Below are positions 41,001 through 52,288 of a DNA stretch of 64,000 nucleotides, piece by piece. A program made the position numbers and the translations under genes. The notes beneath the pieces were generated by a model that did no database searches, was not told the DNA's origin, and saw only the letters and a list, made by a program, of their open reading frames with translations. Numbering within the stretch: the stretch's first letter is position 1; the number at the start of each line of letters is the position of its first letter. The stretch is from positions 28,892,001 through 28,956,000 of the forward strand of contig OZ287759.1 in the NCBI GenBank assembly GCA_965649765.1, given 5' to 3'. This DNA comes from Bispira polyomma (taxonomy: Eukaryota).

Positions 41001-44000
41001 AATGTGTGGTCTACTGATGAAATTGCTATTTTTTGAAAAGCCTGCAAATTAAAATTTTGTAATAACCTTTTAACAACAAAATTTGTAATTATTATATAAT
41101 AGTTAAATTTAATTCTCAAATTCGCCAAAAAAAATTCCTCGGGCTAAAATTTCCATCACTGTAAATTGTGGGAGGATTCGTTGTTCCATAAAAAGTGAAA
41201 AAAGGCATAAAGTTAAGGAAGGTTACTTTGTGTTGCAGGTCCCCGACCATGGCTGGTGGATTGGTTGCTATCAGCAGGGAGTTTTTCACGTACCTGGGTG
41301 GTTACGACACGGGTATGGAGATCTGGGGAGGGGAGAATCTCGAGATGTCCTTTAGGGTGAGAATTTCTACAATTATAGCTTCTGTAATGTTAAAGTGGTT
41401 GTTCCATATTTGAGTTTGATCGGCAAAATGGGCCCAATTTTGAGATAAGGGCGATCGTGGCGAAAAAGGCAGGAAAATGAAAGTATGGGGCGACCTTGAA
41501 GATCAGACTGATTGTGTCCAGTTTTGACTGGACACCGACCACGATCGAACTTAAAGTCAGCACTAAAACTACCTCGTCCTCCCCAACCTAGGTTAGGATC
41601 GAACTTACTGGAGATAGGATCAGACGTATCACCCTAGGATCAAACATATCGCAGATAGGATCTGACAGATCCATATCCCTGACCATCAGGATGGAACGTC
41701 TAAAAATCAAAGTCGGGACTGTTACGGCAAAATAACTGACAAAATGGTCTTATATTCTTCCCGACTACCCTGTTCGCCTCGTTTTTGTCCCCAGACCTAT
41801 ACTTTTAATGGGCCATTGTTAGGACAGGCCTGGAGTGAGATAAGACCTATCAGACAGAACGTAATAACAATCCGATCAAACTTATTCACCGAGGTAATAT
41901 CAAACATGTTGAATATTCTTCCTGACCACCGCGACCACCCAGTTTTCACTCCTGAACCTATACTGACATGCCCGGGACCTCAAAATCGGCAAGGTCAAGG
42001 AGCAAATCAGCATAGGGGAACCTCTATTTAGTACACAAGTGTGCTGAATCCTTTCGACCTTCCTTTCGAAGAAAGATTTTGTAAATAGGTTACTGCTAGC
42101 TTGAGTCACTAAAAACACACTGTAGAATACTTCCGACATTCAAAAACGGCCTCGCATATCTTTTTTTTTTCAACGGGAGATTCTGCTGGACCAACAATTT
42201 CCTATTGCAAGGAACTAAAGAAAAATAAAATGATATTTTTGGAATGTCGACAGACAGAGATTCTGGGAGTAAGATATGCTGTTATCTGCTAGTCGACAAT
42301 CTAGGGGTTTAAAGGGTTCTCCTTCTGCATGATTGTGCGGTATAGGCCATTTTTTGGTACATTAGAACTTGTATTATGCGAACTAATACAATCCCAGTAA
42401 TTAATTTGATGAACAAACTGTCACTCTCCCAAATTAAGATTTTCTTAATGAAAAGAGACGTTATTTACAAATTTTGTAAATATCTCTATCTTTATGCCGA
42501 GTCTAGGAACCTGTTTCTGATGATTATAAAAATTTTGGTCATATGCACAGCACAAAAAATGGATAATAGATTCTACCATTCTATGGACACTCCACAGAAA
42601 TATTATTATTAATAAAATGCATTTGTAATGTTTTTTATTGGTGCTAGGCATCTTCTAAAGCACAACAAAAGAATCAGTGATCCAATCGTTTAAGTTCATG
42701 GGCATAGCAAGGTCGTAAGAAGCATGATAATTGTCACAGTTACGGTTATCCTTTTTTTCCTTGTTAACTGGGACAAATGTAGGTTACGATGAAAACGACC
42801 GCCGCCCCCACATGTCAGTGTATTAATTGTTAGAGTTTCTGTATAACTTGCATATTATTTCTATATAGGGGATCCCTGGAATTACCATGGAAACGACCGT
42901 TGTTATGTTGGGACTGTAGCATTACAAAAACTACAGCATAATAAATGTTGCAGTTTGTGTAGAACTTGCAGTTTATTTCTATTTTTCTATATACAGGTGT
43001 GGATGTGTGGGGGATCCCTGGAATTCGCTCCATGCTCCGTGGTGGGTCATATATTCAGGGCCACCCATCCTTATGGATTTCCAAGTAAGTCACTCTTACT
43101 TCTGTGTGTCCAAATTTTTACTGGCGGAATGGGATTTAAATGACATTAACATATGGTCTTGAAAGGTTGGCAACATTGGAAAAAGAGTACAATCATGTAT
43201 TTGGTTATTTGAATATTACGACACCTTTTTTTTAATATTTTGTCTTTCAGTGTGACTAATTAAATATCAGTTGTATCTGTTGCAAAAATTTCTCTACATA
43301 AATTGATAGGTTGATGTATCAGAGTTCTTTAAAAAATTCAAAACTTTTATATGAATTAAAAGAGGGAAAATGGGTTATAAACTTGGTTATTTTGGATAAC
43401 AGCCATTTGGATAATAGAGGTTCTGCAGTAGAGGGTGTGATATTTTATTAGGTACCATGGTGTCTTCTGATCACCAGACCAACTCCTTAAACACTAGGCC
43501 ACACATGCAAGCACAAAAGCCAAACAAAATAGCATGTTGTTTTATTTGTTGTTGAATTACAAATCCTATGACAAATTACCAGGGGTCATTTTCACAAAAA
43601 TTCTTATTCTTAGAATTACAGTTATTCTTAGAATTTTTTTAAGACTAATATATTACTAAGAACAGTTCTAAGAATAACAATTTTTTAAATATATTTTATT
43701 TCTATTCTTAGATTTTTTCAAAGAAAAATATTTGAATGATACTAAATTTAAGAATAGTCCAAAAATAGGTAACTTTGTGTGTATTGTAATTCTTTAAAAA
43801 ACTGTAAGATTAAAAAATAATCAATGGGAAAATTTTTATTCTTAAAATTTTTCATAGAAGCTCTAATGTAGCGTGTGTTGTTTTTATCAGGTAAAACTCG
43901 AGACTACCACGGTATCAATACAATGAGGCTGGCAGAAGTGTGGATGGATGAATACAAGAAGGTCCTCTTCTGGATACGACCAGATATGCCCGTATGTCAC

Positions 44001-47000
44001 TCAAAGTAATATTAAAACTGTCGGTGTGTGTAAATAGCATTGATTTCCATCTCGCACCCACTCAGAATCGATGCATCAGTTGATGCATCTAAAAAACCCA
44101 ATCCCAACCAAATAACGTGCTGATACATATTACCTACTGCTCTACTGTTTTGTTATGTTTTCCTTACAAAATAACTTAAAATTTAGGCCTGAAATGAATA
44201 TAAACTTACATTTCACTAAATAATATCTATTTTTTTCCAAATATTTTTTCTAGGCAACAATGTGCTTTTGGGGCGCATACTAAAATTTAGGCAATAGGGA
44301 GTAATATTCACATGATCGAGTTGCAAAAGCCCGGACTCGATACATCGCTATTTATATCACAGGTGATTAATGCATCAACTAAACCACTAATCGCTGCAGC
44401 TTTACTAAGTAACTCATGTAACAGATATGGAAAGTTGTTTACTCTGATTGACTAAAGGGTTAATAGCAACGTAAATACATAGAGCAAATCATACAATGCT
44501 ATTTTTATCAGTAATGTTTTAACGTGTAATTTTTAGAGGTTTACTAAAATCCTGAAGTCAAATACTTATATCTTAAGTAGAAATTTTCAATCAGAGAGCA
44601 ATTTTAAAATTGATGCTCAATGAAAATATAAATTTAGAGTAACCTTTTGAGTAAAACTTGTCCAACAAATATAAGTGAACATGAACCTTTTCGACCCCAA
44701 GAGAGAACTATCGCTGGTAAGTAAAGAAAATTTTTCTGGAATAGGTTACAGAAAGGCTGGAGTCACTAAATCACACACCGCAGAATACTAAACTTAAACA
44801 GGAGATTCTGCTGTACTAACAATTTCTAAGTATGAAGAACTAAACGAAAATAATAATATTATTGTTTAAAGTGTCGACTGCTTGCCGGCAGATTTAGGTT
44901 CTGGGAGTAGCAAATGCTATTGACTGCTTGCGGACAACCTAGGTGGTTGGAAGGGTAAATTCCAGTGAACATCTTAAAACTTGTAAATTAGCCAAATTAC
45001 TTTTCCAGCTAAAATGTGCTATTACAAAGTGTAGTGGAGTTTGCCATTACAGAATATTAAGTCGACTTTCACTGTAGTCAGACAGTCATCTGTAATTTTA
45101 GTTCTACTAAGAAAATATAAATATGATTGTCTTTTTCTGTAATTATATGCATGACAACTGTCTTGGAAGATGCATATGCTTTTCAAAATATAAAATTTTG
45201 TTTCCAAAACATCAGATGACTTTATGTTAAAGTGAATGAAGACAGTTGAAAACGTTTAAAAAATCAGCCTTAAAGTTTGTTTAACTGAATGTCTTTTGAG
45301 AGCAGATTTATATTTCTTCAGATTATATAAAGCTTCATATAACAGAAGAAACATTTCAGTATAAAACATTATAAATATTGTTAAAAAATTAAGTACCAAT
45401 GGTATTAAATATTTTTTTTTTATTTTTTTTATTGTAGAACTGCAGCTACAGTTAAATTTTTGCCTTGTCTACATTTTCATTGATTTTAACAGGTGGAGTC
45501 AAATCGGAGTAAATTCAGTCAAATTCCGATACACACACGTATATCAGTGTCTGCATTAGCATGCATTGAAGAACCATTAAAGACTTCCACACATACAAGT
45601 ACAGCTTTCTAAACATCTGTTCCATCCTGTACAATAGAGTTGTTTGAGTGGTGTGGTTTTCAATACAAAAGCCCTCTTATGTTCAGCTGTTTACAGTTAG
45701 AAGACAAAAAGAAATGAGATTGACTGCTGCGTGTATACAATGATAATTGATAAGTCTTTATGCCTCCTTGTCTAAAATGCAGTCCTTTTCAAATCTTCAG
45801 TAATTCTCAAAATACTACTCTAGCACCACAGTAAGTCCAGTTTCTATAGTATTTAATTAAAAAATCTTTTCTCCCATATTTGTTATATATTGGGTCACTT
45901 AAATTGGTTCATATTACACATGTTGTAATTGTGGCTGATTTAGCAGTATTAAAGTACATGTAACACTTTTTTTGCATATGACATAGTTTGTACACCTTTG
46001 ATGCATTTTAAATCCTTTACTGTAATCTACAATTTTTTTCTGCATTGAGTTAAATCCAAACAGATGCTTCAACTCAAGACTAGAGTTAATGTGTATTGAT
46101 TGGACTGGATAGTTTCTAAAGTCTGGTCAATCATAGTCTGGGCTTTCTTTGAACATATTTCCCTTAGATTATATCAGACGTCGGCCGACATCTGTTCCCC
46201 CATTATAAGTTATCGGTCAGGGAGCGAAAAAAATTGAAATATCGGTCCGATTTTTAACAAAAAGTAAGAAAGAAAAAAGGGGGATTGGCTGAAAATAAGC
46301 CTAGGCTTAGTTTTACCACAATGTCTTTTGAAGAATAGAATAATATTTCAATTTATCAAGATCGAAAAATTATTAATTGCATCTACTAACTACATATATA
46401 GAGAAAACATTCCTGTCAGTGGTTTGAGGGGAGGGGGCAGGTCTCTGAACTTATTTCACCGTAAGATGAAACTATTGCCGGGAAGTGGAGGAAATGTTTT
46501 GGTAATAGATTACTGATTAGTTGGGGTCACTAAAACACCATAGACTACATGAGGCTGCGGTGGCCCAGTGGTTAGCAAGCATTCGCTTCACAATCACTGG
46601 TCTCTCACCTCTGGGATCGGCTGGCGTGGGTTCGACTTCCATCGATGCCTATGTGGAAAAGGTGGTAGTTCCTTACTGTGGGCCACTGGTTTTAGTGCAG
46701 AACCTTGATCAACTGTATGCAGTGTTTCCTCCAGCGTTTCAAACTACCCACCCAATATAACCTAAACAGGTACTAGTGTGGACGTTAAATATCCCAATTC
46801 GAAAAAAAAAACAAAAAAAAAACACCACAGACTACATCCGGCTTTCAATAACATCCTCACGTATAGTTTTATAAACAGGGAAATCTGCTGTACTATTTCC
46901 AATTGGAAGGAACCGTAAGCAAATAATATTTTTGGGGTGTTGACTGCTTGCCGACAGACATAGGTATTATCTTCAAAAAAAATATAAAAATATGAAACTC

Positions 47001-50000
47001 CTAATGCAAAGAAAAGGGGAAATGATACTTTGCTCGAGTCTTCTAGTAAAAAAATGTCACAATGCTGTAGTTTAAATGTTTAAGTTATTCCTGTTGAAGC
47101 ACTACTGCTGTCATAATATTGACAGATGTAGACAATTTAAAATCAATTTAGCAAACTTTAGTGTCAGGACGCCTTTGTGTTAAAGTCTTGTATTCTCTAA
47201 ACATACGTCAATTTTTGACATTGTTTAATTATCAAAGATATGCCCTTCATAACCTTAAACAGTGTGCACCATTGAATCATTGACATTGTATCTTATTGGA
47301 TCTTGCAGTTTTGATATGATATGATTGATTTTTAACGCGCCTACTTGATACCAAGCATGTTCTACAGCTCATCATTATTGACAAAGTTGTTAGAATCATA
47401 GTCCATTTTCAATGCAATTTCGTAATTGTGGGGTAACGTGCAGGATAAAGATAATTATGGAAGGTAAGCGAGGGCCAAAAAGATGGGTCTTAAGGTTACT
47501 TCTAAAGTGAGAAATGGTTACCGGGGTAAGGTGCTGCAACAGGGAAGGCATACAAGATCCAATCTATTTACTGCTTCTGGTATCGGAGACTAAAATTCTG
47601 TTTCCCCTGGTAAGCCTGCTGAAAGACAGCAATGAGGCAAGATATGGGACCGGTATGTAGTAACATTGGTCTTGAGAATGATGTGGTACTTGATAGGTAG
47701 ACAATGGAACCTTCTGAGAAAAAGGTTCTAACCTCTTTTATCACAGAGAATCAGTGGCAGACATTTATCGTTTCTCTTATTCTATTATGTTCCTCTTCTT
47801 AGAACCCTTTGGACATCCACATATAGAGTAAGTAATCTAAACTTTGCAACTGTATCTTAGATTCGCCATTGTATCTAAATTTTCACCATCCCTAAACTTT
47901 AAGCCATATCAATAAAAACTGGCAAGAGGTAACTGGAATTTAGGTATGCAAGGCAAAATAGTCACACAAATCTCTATTTTAGCTAATGTTACTCACAATT
48001 CTACCAAAAACACCACATTTTTTAGATGGCGAATTTCAGATACAGTGGCGAAATTTAAATTCCTTACTCTCTATGTTTGTCAAACAGTCGACAGTGTTTG
48101 TCATTTGGCTTGAATGACCACTTAAAATGAGTTGTATCTCCAGCAGCAGGTTTAAGATCTTTTATTAGGGACTTTGATAAATAGTCATCAGCAAGCATCA
48201 GTGCCAGTAGTGGTTGCCCATGAGGAAGCACCTTTGAAATGACCCATTGTTGTACAAGTGTGCCATAACAAATATCATGTGTTAATATGTTGTATGTTTT
48301 CAGAAATTGGACTATGGGGATATATCGGAAAGAAAAGCGCTCAGGGAAAGGCTCAAATGTCACAGTTTCCAGTGGTACCTAGAAAATGTCTACCCTGAGA
48401 AGTTTGTGTACCATCAGAATGTCTTTGGTTATGGAAAGGTAGGTCAATAATAAACGTGGACTACAAGCCTTGCAGATCACCTTAAACTTAGTCATAGAAA
48501 GAAAATGTAAAATAAATTACACACTTTCAACTACCATTGTAATATTGATGTTTGCAGCTTCAAGAGTCAGCATTACCTTCAATATTTCTATGTCAGAAAG
48601 TAAGGATAAGAACACTGTGTAAGGCTTTCACCTATTTGTAGATTAATTTTGTGATCCCCGTTGTCTAGTGGTTAGGGTGTTGGTCTGATGACCCGAAGTC
48701 CCCTGTTCTATTCCTGGTTCCGACCGCTAGTTTCATTTGGTAGGATACCATCCTTGGGCAAGATGTGAACACAAGTTTGCCTAGTGGCTCAGATGACCAC
48801 TTAAAAGGTGGTCCCCTGTCACTGAGTGCTATCTCTAGTGGCACAATAAAGTACAATAAAGTGATAAATGGTTATCCTGAAGCAAGCCTCGGTGCCTATA
48901 GTGGCTGCCCATGAGTCCAATTTCCTTTTTATTTCATTTTTCATTTCATTGTTTCTTGTATGTAATTGTGACAGAACCACTGTTAAAATCACCACTACTG
49001 GTTTTGCTAGTATAGTACACATAACAGGGTGGAGTCTTGAGAAAATGGATGCGATGTCATATAGGATGCCTGGCCATCGATTGTGGTGCTATAGAAGTAA
49101 AATTATTAACATTAAATCCTGTGGATATCGGACATTCGACTTAGACAGAGTATAACATAGCATGACTACTGATAATTATATTATCATGGCCAGGCTTCCT
49201 ATATTTTGTGATGTTCTGTTTTTCTACCTTTATACAGTTCAGGAATCCTTCCACAAACCTCTGTTTTGACACATATTCCCAAGATGAGAAGTCCACCATC
49301 AAACTTGGCCTTTATCCATGTTCCGACATAATTACAGGGAACCAGGTGAGTCAGCATGACTCTGCAGTTTTTTTATTTATATCCATAGAAAAAATTGAAT
49401 CAGAAAAAGTAGAACCTCTATTATTTAAACATATTAAGATATGTACAGTGTACATGAAATATGTGTACATTTTAGATGTGAGTAAAATACTAGTGTACTT
49501 TATAAGATCAGTGAGATTAAAAAATCAATACTTCTAGGCATCGTTCTAGGCATCGATTGTTGCTGGGTTTATCTGGGCTACGAAGCCTTGACCTTTGTTA
49601 GCTCATACACATAATGTGGTGAACTTTTAGAAGACTAAAGCACAGCGGATTACAGAAAAGATTCATAACATAGAAGAGGTATATTGGTGTAAAACAATAA
49701 GAATGTTTCTTTAGCAATATTTTAGTTAACAATATTGACCCTGAATCTTAATATCTCTGACTAGAGTAAAACACTGATGAATCCCTCAAATCACTGTGTT
49801 CAGGCTAAGTCAATATCCCTTGTGTGATAATATATAGAAGGGTACATTGAACCATAAAAATTGGTGACAATTTCAACTGCAACACATTTAATATTTTGAG
49901 CTTAACTTTCTTATCAGATCATTTACCTTGGTTTTATTTCATTTGAATTTCTTAATATAGAGTTACATTATTATTATTATTAATCTTATTTTAGATAGTC

Positions 50001-52288
50001 TAGCCTCAGCAAAGGTTAGAAATTATTTTTATATTGCCATAGTAAATACTAAACCTGCGAGTCAGAGTATGTCATTTGCATCGATTATTACCCACGCAGA
50101 CTGTGAAAAATGAATTTCAACTAAATAAAGTGCCGATACATACCTTAATTATTTTCGATGTTTTCTACAGTATATAAATTCAAATTTAGGTGTAAAGATG
50201 AACATAAAGTGACAATTTTATCTATTTTTTTATTTCTCCTTGGTGAAAATACGTTTTTGGGCATACTAAAATTCGGCCAATAGGGGGTAAAATATACATG
50301 ATCTAGTGACAAAGCCCACACTCAATATCTTAACTAATCGTCACAGCTTCAGTATTGGTACCACACTCACAGTAAACCAGCATCAATTGTAGAGGACATT
50401 ACTTATTTTTACCGTAGAATAATTTTATTCAATATGTCTTTTTATCTTCATCTGAAACTACAGCTGTTTGCCCTCTCGAAAAAGCACGAACTTCGGAGAG
50501 AAAACGGATGTGCTGACATTGGTAAACATACTCCAGGAAACATCATCTACATGAAATCCTGCCACAAAATGGCCGGAAATCAAGAAATTACCTACAAAAA
50601 GGTAAACATTTTTTAACCTTATATGTTAAATTTATACCATTTTTGGTTTTCTCCTGTTGGTAAGATTATGCCCTCTTAGAGGTATTGTATTATTTTACCT
50701 TCTAGACATCAAGTGATCTCCCGTGGCCTAGTTGTTAGGGAGTTGTTAGTCAGGGACTGTATTCACAAACAAGGATCAAGATCAGATCAAAACCAGATCA
50801 AATTTGATAAAAACGTTTCAAGTGATCCTTGCATCGGTATTCATAAAGCAAGGAATCACTTGATCAGGATAATATATGATCTATCCCGATAAAAATTTAA
50901 TCTACCAAGTTGGCTGGATCAAAGTTAATCCATTATTTCATCCCCATCAAAGCAGATCGAATGTTTTGTGAATACCACCTTCAGCTGATCCAAAAAAGGT
51001 AATCTTTTCTTCTTAACTGTGATCTGATCTTGAATTGATCCCTTTCATGAAAACCGCAGCTGGTGATAATTTCCCGGTTCAACTCCTGCTAATGACCCCC
51101 GGTTCATTGGTGGGATAATATTCACAACAGGTCTTACTCTTAACTTACGCTTAAGGTCTTAACATTTTTTTCTAAAATATTTAAGGCTGCCTAGTGTGAG
51201 TCTCAGTGTTGAGTGAAAAGTTAAGGCTAAGGAAAGATCTTTCCTAAGATTTGCTGTCACTGGAACTTGAAGACCAAAATGTTAACATTTTTGGGCCAAA
51301 ATCAAAGACTGGGCTGGTATTCTCGAACGTATACTCACCTTAAACTTATACTCAACTCAAATCTGGATTCTCCATAACTCTCGATACGGTAAATATATCG
51401 AAAATCTGACTTGATATTTGAATTCAGTGTTAAAAGCTCTATAAAAATGAATGGTCACACATACAGGTTATTACCATATACAATGATTTCCACATGGTCT
51501 ATATCTGAGTTGAGTATGAGTTTAAGCTGAGTATACGTTCGAGAATACGGGCCCTGAAGTCTAAAGCTAAAGACTAAGTTAAGACTAAGACATTTTGTGA
51601 ATACAGACCCAGAATAAACTCAGTGGTGTTTGTCTTTGAACATTGACTTGGGTTACCTGGATTTGGACTATTAACTGGAAATAGGAACTAAGAAAACTTG
51701 ACCAATTTGGTTCATGCAATAGATAAGGCAAAATGAAAAGCATAGTATTTTATAATAATTAAACATAAATTCAGGAGAGTAAAAGTTTCTGTTGATAGAA
51801 TTAAATATTTGATTTTGAATTTAGTTGAATTTTACATCACTTTCAACAGCTTGTGTCATATTGCGACGGCCGGTATTTAAAGTAGAAGAAACCAGTGCTG
51901 AAGCACTGCTTACGACCTACAGCAAGTACCTGACAAACCTTTAAACATGAACGAACAAACAAGATTCAAACCCACATTGGTGAGAGGTCAGTGATTGTAA
52001 AGCTGATGCTTCTAACCACAAGGTCACCACAGGCCGTTACTAAGTTCACTGGTAGAAGATTTCAAAAGAGGGTACCAGATTTTAGAAGTTCAGAAGTTTG
52101 TATAATAGTGGTTCTAACTGTATTTATCTATTTTCTGTTATTAGGACACCCAAGAACTCTACCACCCTGCCTCAAAACTGTGTATAGACGCTTCCGGGTC
52201 TCACGAAACCAATGGACATTGGGCGGTGGCGAATGAGTGTAGCGGTACAAACAGTCAAAAGTGGGAGATAGATAACTATGTAGAATAA
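23019..52288 (+). CDS. GALNT: Polypeptide N-acetylgalactosaminyltransferase (GT27, GALNT family); exons 23019-23208, 24349-24493, 25838-26004, 26974-27038, 38379-38491, 40098-40289, 41239-41356, 42997-43084, 43891-43991, 48304-48438, 49238-49345, 50464-50601, 52145-52288
   Basis: Spliced CDS of 1704 nt = 567 aa + stop, all GT-AG and in phase. Type II N-terminus (RRKKK + hydrophobic segment), [22 protein letters not shown] motif [49 protein letters not shown], and a ricin-B lectin domain with three CxD repeats ending QKW. The specific paralogue cannot be assigned. Confidence 0.95.
23261..23506. mobile_element. PIF/Harbinger-like MITE, older copy of 51312-51553
   Basis: Termini GGCTGGTATTC...GAATATGGGCC; the interior is the reverse complement of the 51.3-kb copy. 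Confidence 0.75.
23780..24240 (-). mobile_element. Cluster of decayed family B SINEs (others at ~39320-39470 (-), ~52925-53150 (+))
   Basis: ACATCTTG-CCAAGGAT-TTAT core and GACCTTCTGAT...AACCACTAG head shared with 6807-7080. Confidence 0.7.
25485..25878 (+). repeat. Four tandem copies (104/104/102 bp) of the GALNT intron-2 acceptor plus the first ~41 nt of exon 3
   Basis: TCTTGTG(T/C)TTACAG|G...AACAC-GTTTACCCCAAAGA--TGCCCACTGCC with AG at ~25527, 25631, 25735 and 25837. Confidence 0.92.
27937..33650 (-). mobile_element. DIRS1-type tyrosine-recombinase retrotransposon, structurally complete with decayed ORFs, in GALNT intron 4
   Basis: ITRs ~27980-28150 and ~33460-33630; ICR 28206-28309 complementary to both termini. 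Minus-strand remnants: RT ([17 protein letters not shown], ~31000-31400), RNase H (IDASNTGW...[14 protein letters not shown], ~30430-30640), YR ([35 protein letters not shown], ~29300-29820). Confidence 0.92.
32630..33170. repeat. ~147-bp internal duplication within the DIRS gag region (two near-identical copies and a diverged third)
   Basis: GGGTGACT(C/G)AGATCT(C/T)TCCTTCTACGTCTAGAAG at ~32632, ~32778 and ~33035. Confidence 0.85.
33667..35222 (-). mobile_element. 5'-truncated CR1/L2-group LINE (RT C-terminal half, 3'UTR, (TTA)n tail)
   Basis: ORFs 34560-35276 ([36 protein letters not shown]) and 34260-34511 (GVQLWNSL), separated by a frameshift. AATAAA and (TTA)n at ~33667-33697. Confidence 0.9.
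36051..36433. mobile_element. MITE with GAGCC...GGGGACATT terminal inverted repeats and ~21-bp internal subrepeats
   Basis: CAGAGCCCAGGGGGGGACATT...AACCAGATTAT versus ATAATCTGGTT...AATGTCCCCTCCAAGGCTCG; internal GTG(A/C)-CACA-ATT repeats. Confidence 0.7.
37894..38289. mobile_element. TA-flanked MITE with ~18-bp internal tandem subrepeats
   Basis: TA|CTGGTTCCGCTCTC ... GAGAGCGGGACCGG|TA; GCATGGGCGATAA-GAGA repeats at 37970-38080. Confidence 0.8.
39827..40053. mobile_element. ~230-245 bp MITE with long TIRs AGAGTAAGGA...TCCTTACTCT; copies at 47825-48070 and 57018-57243
   Basis: Three copies with ~50-bp imperfect TIRs containing GCCACTGTATCTGAAATT; the 57-kb copy is in the opposite orientation. 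Confidence 0.88.
40432..40601. mobile_element. Tc1/mariner-like MITE (CAGTAGAACCT...AGGTTCTACTG); related piece ~26760-26900
   Basis: Terminal inverted repeats beginning CAGT; TA at the right flank. Confidence 0.75.
40700..40890. repeat. 66-bp tandem repeat, ~2.9 copies, derived from the family B SINE 3' region
   Basis: ATTTATCAATGTCCCCAAGGATCTT(C/T)AGTCTGCCACTGG x3; same segment as 6848-6886. Confidence 0.9.
42045..42318. mobile_element. Dispersed non-autonomous DNA-element family (copies ~44684-44957, ~46490-46960, ~57680-57960)
   Basis: Shared AATAGGTTAC--A-AGCTGGAGTCACTAAA--CACAC--AGA-TAC core; ends CCTTTCGAC...AAGGGT. Confidence 0.7.
43581..43860. mobile_element. MITE family with TTCACAAAGATTCTTATTCT termini (copies ~53628-53768, ~56730-57000)
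   Basis: Shared start TTCACAAA(A/G)ATTCTTATTCT and internal TTCTTAGAA/CTAAGAAT subrepeats. Confidence 0.65.
46551..46820 (+). mobile_element. Full-length family A tRNA-derived SINE nested in another repeat
   Basis: Highly similar to 17694-17960; A-rich tail; TSD AACACCA(T/C)AGACTACAT (46534-46550 and 46821-46837). Confidence 0.93.
48655..48872 (+). mobile_element. Family B tRNA-derived SINE
   Basis: TGTCTAGTGGTTAGGGTG...GTTCTATTCC head; the body is the reverse complement of 6807-7080. Confidence 0.85.
51312..51553. mobile_element. PIF/Harbinger-like MITE with CTG target duplication
   Basis: CTG|GGCTGGTATTCTCGAACGTATACTCA ... TGAGTATACGTTCGAGAATACGGGCC|CTG. Confidence 0.85.
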
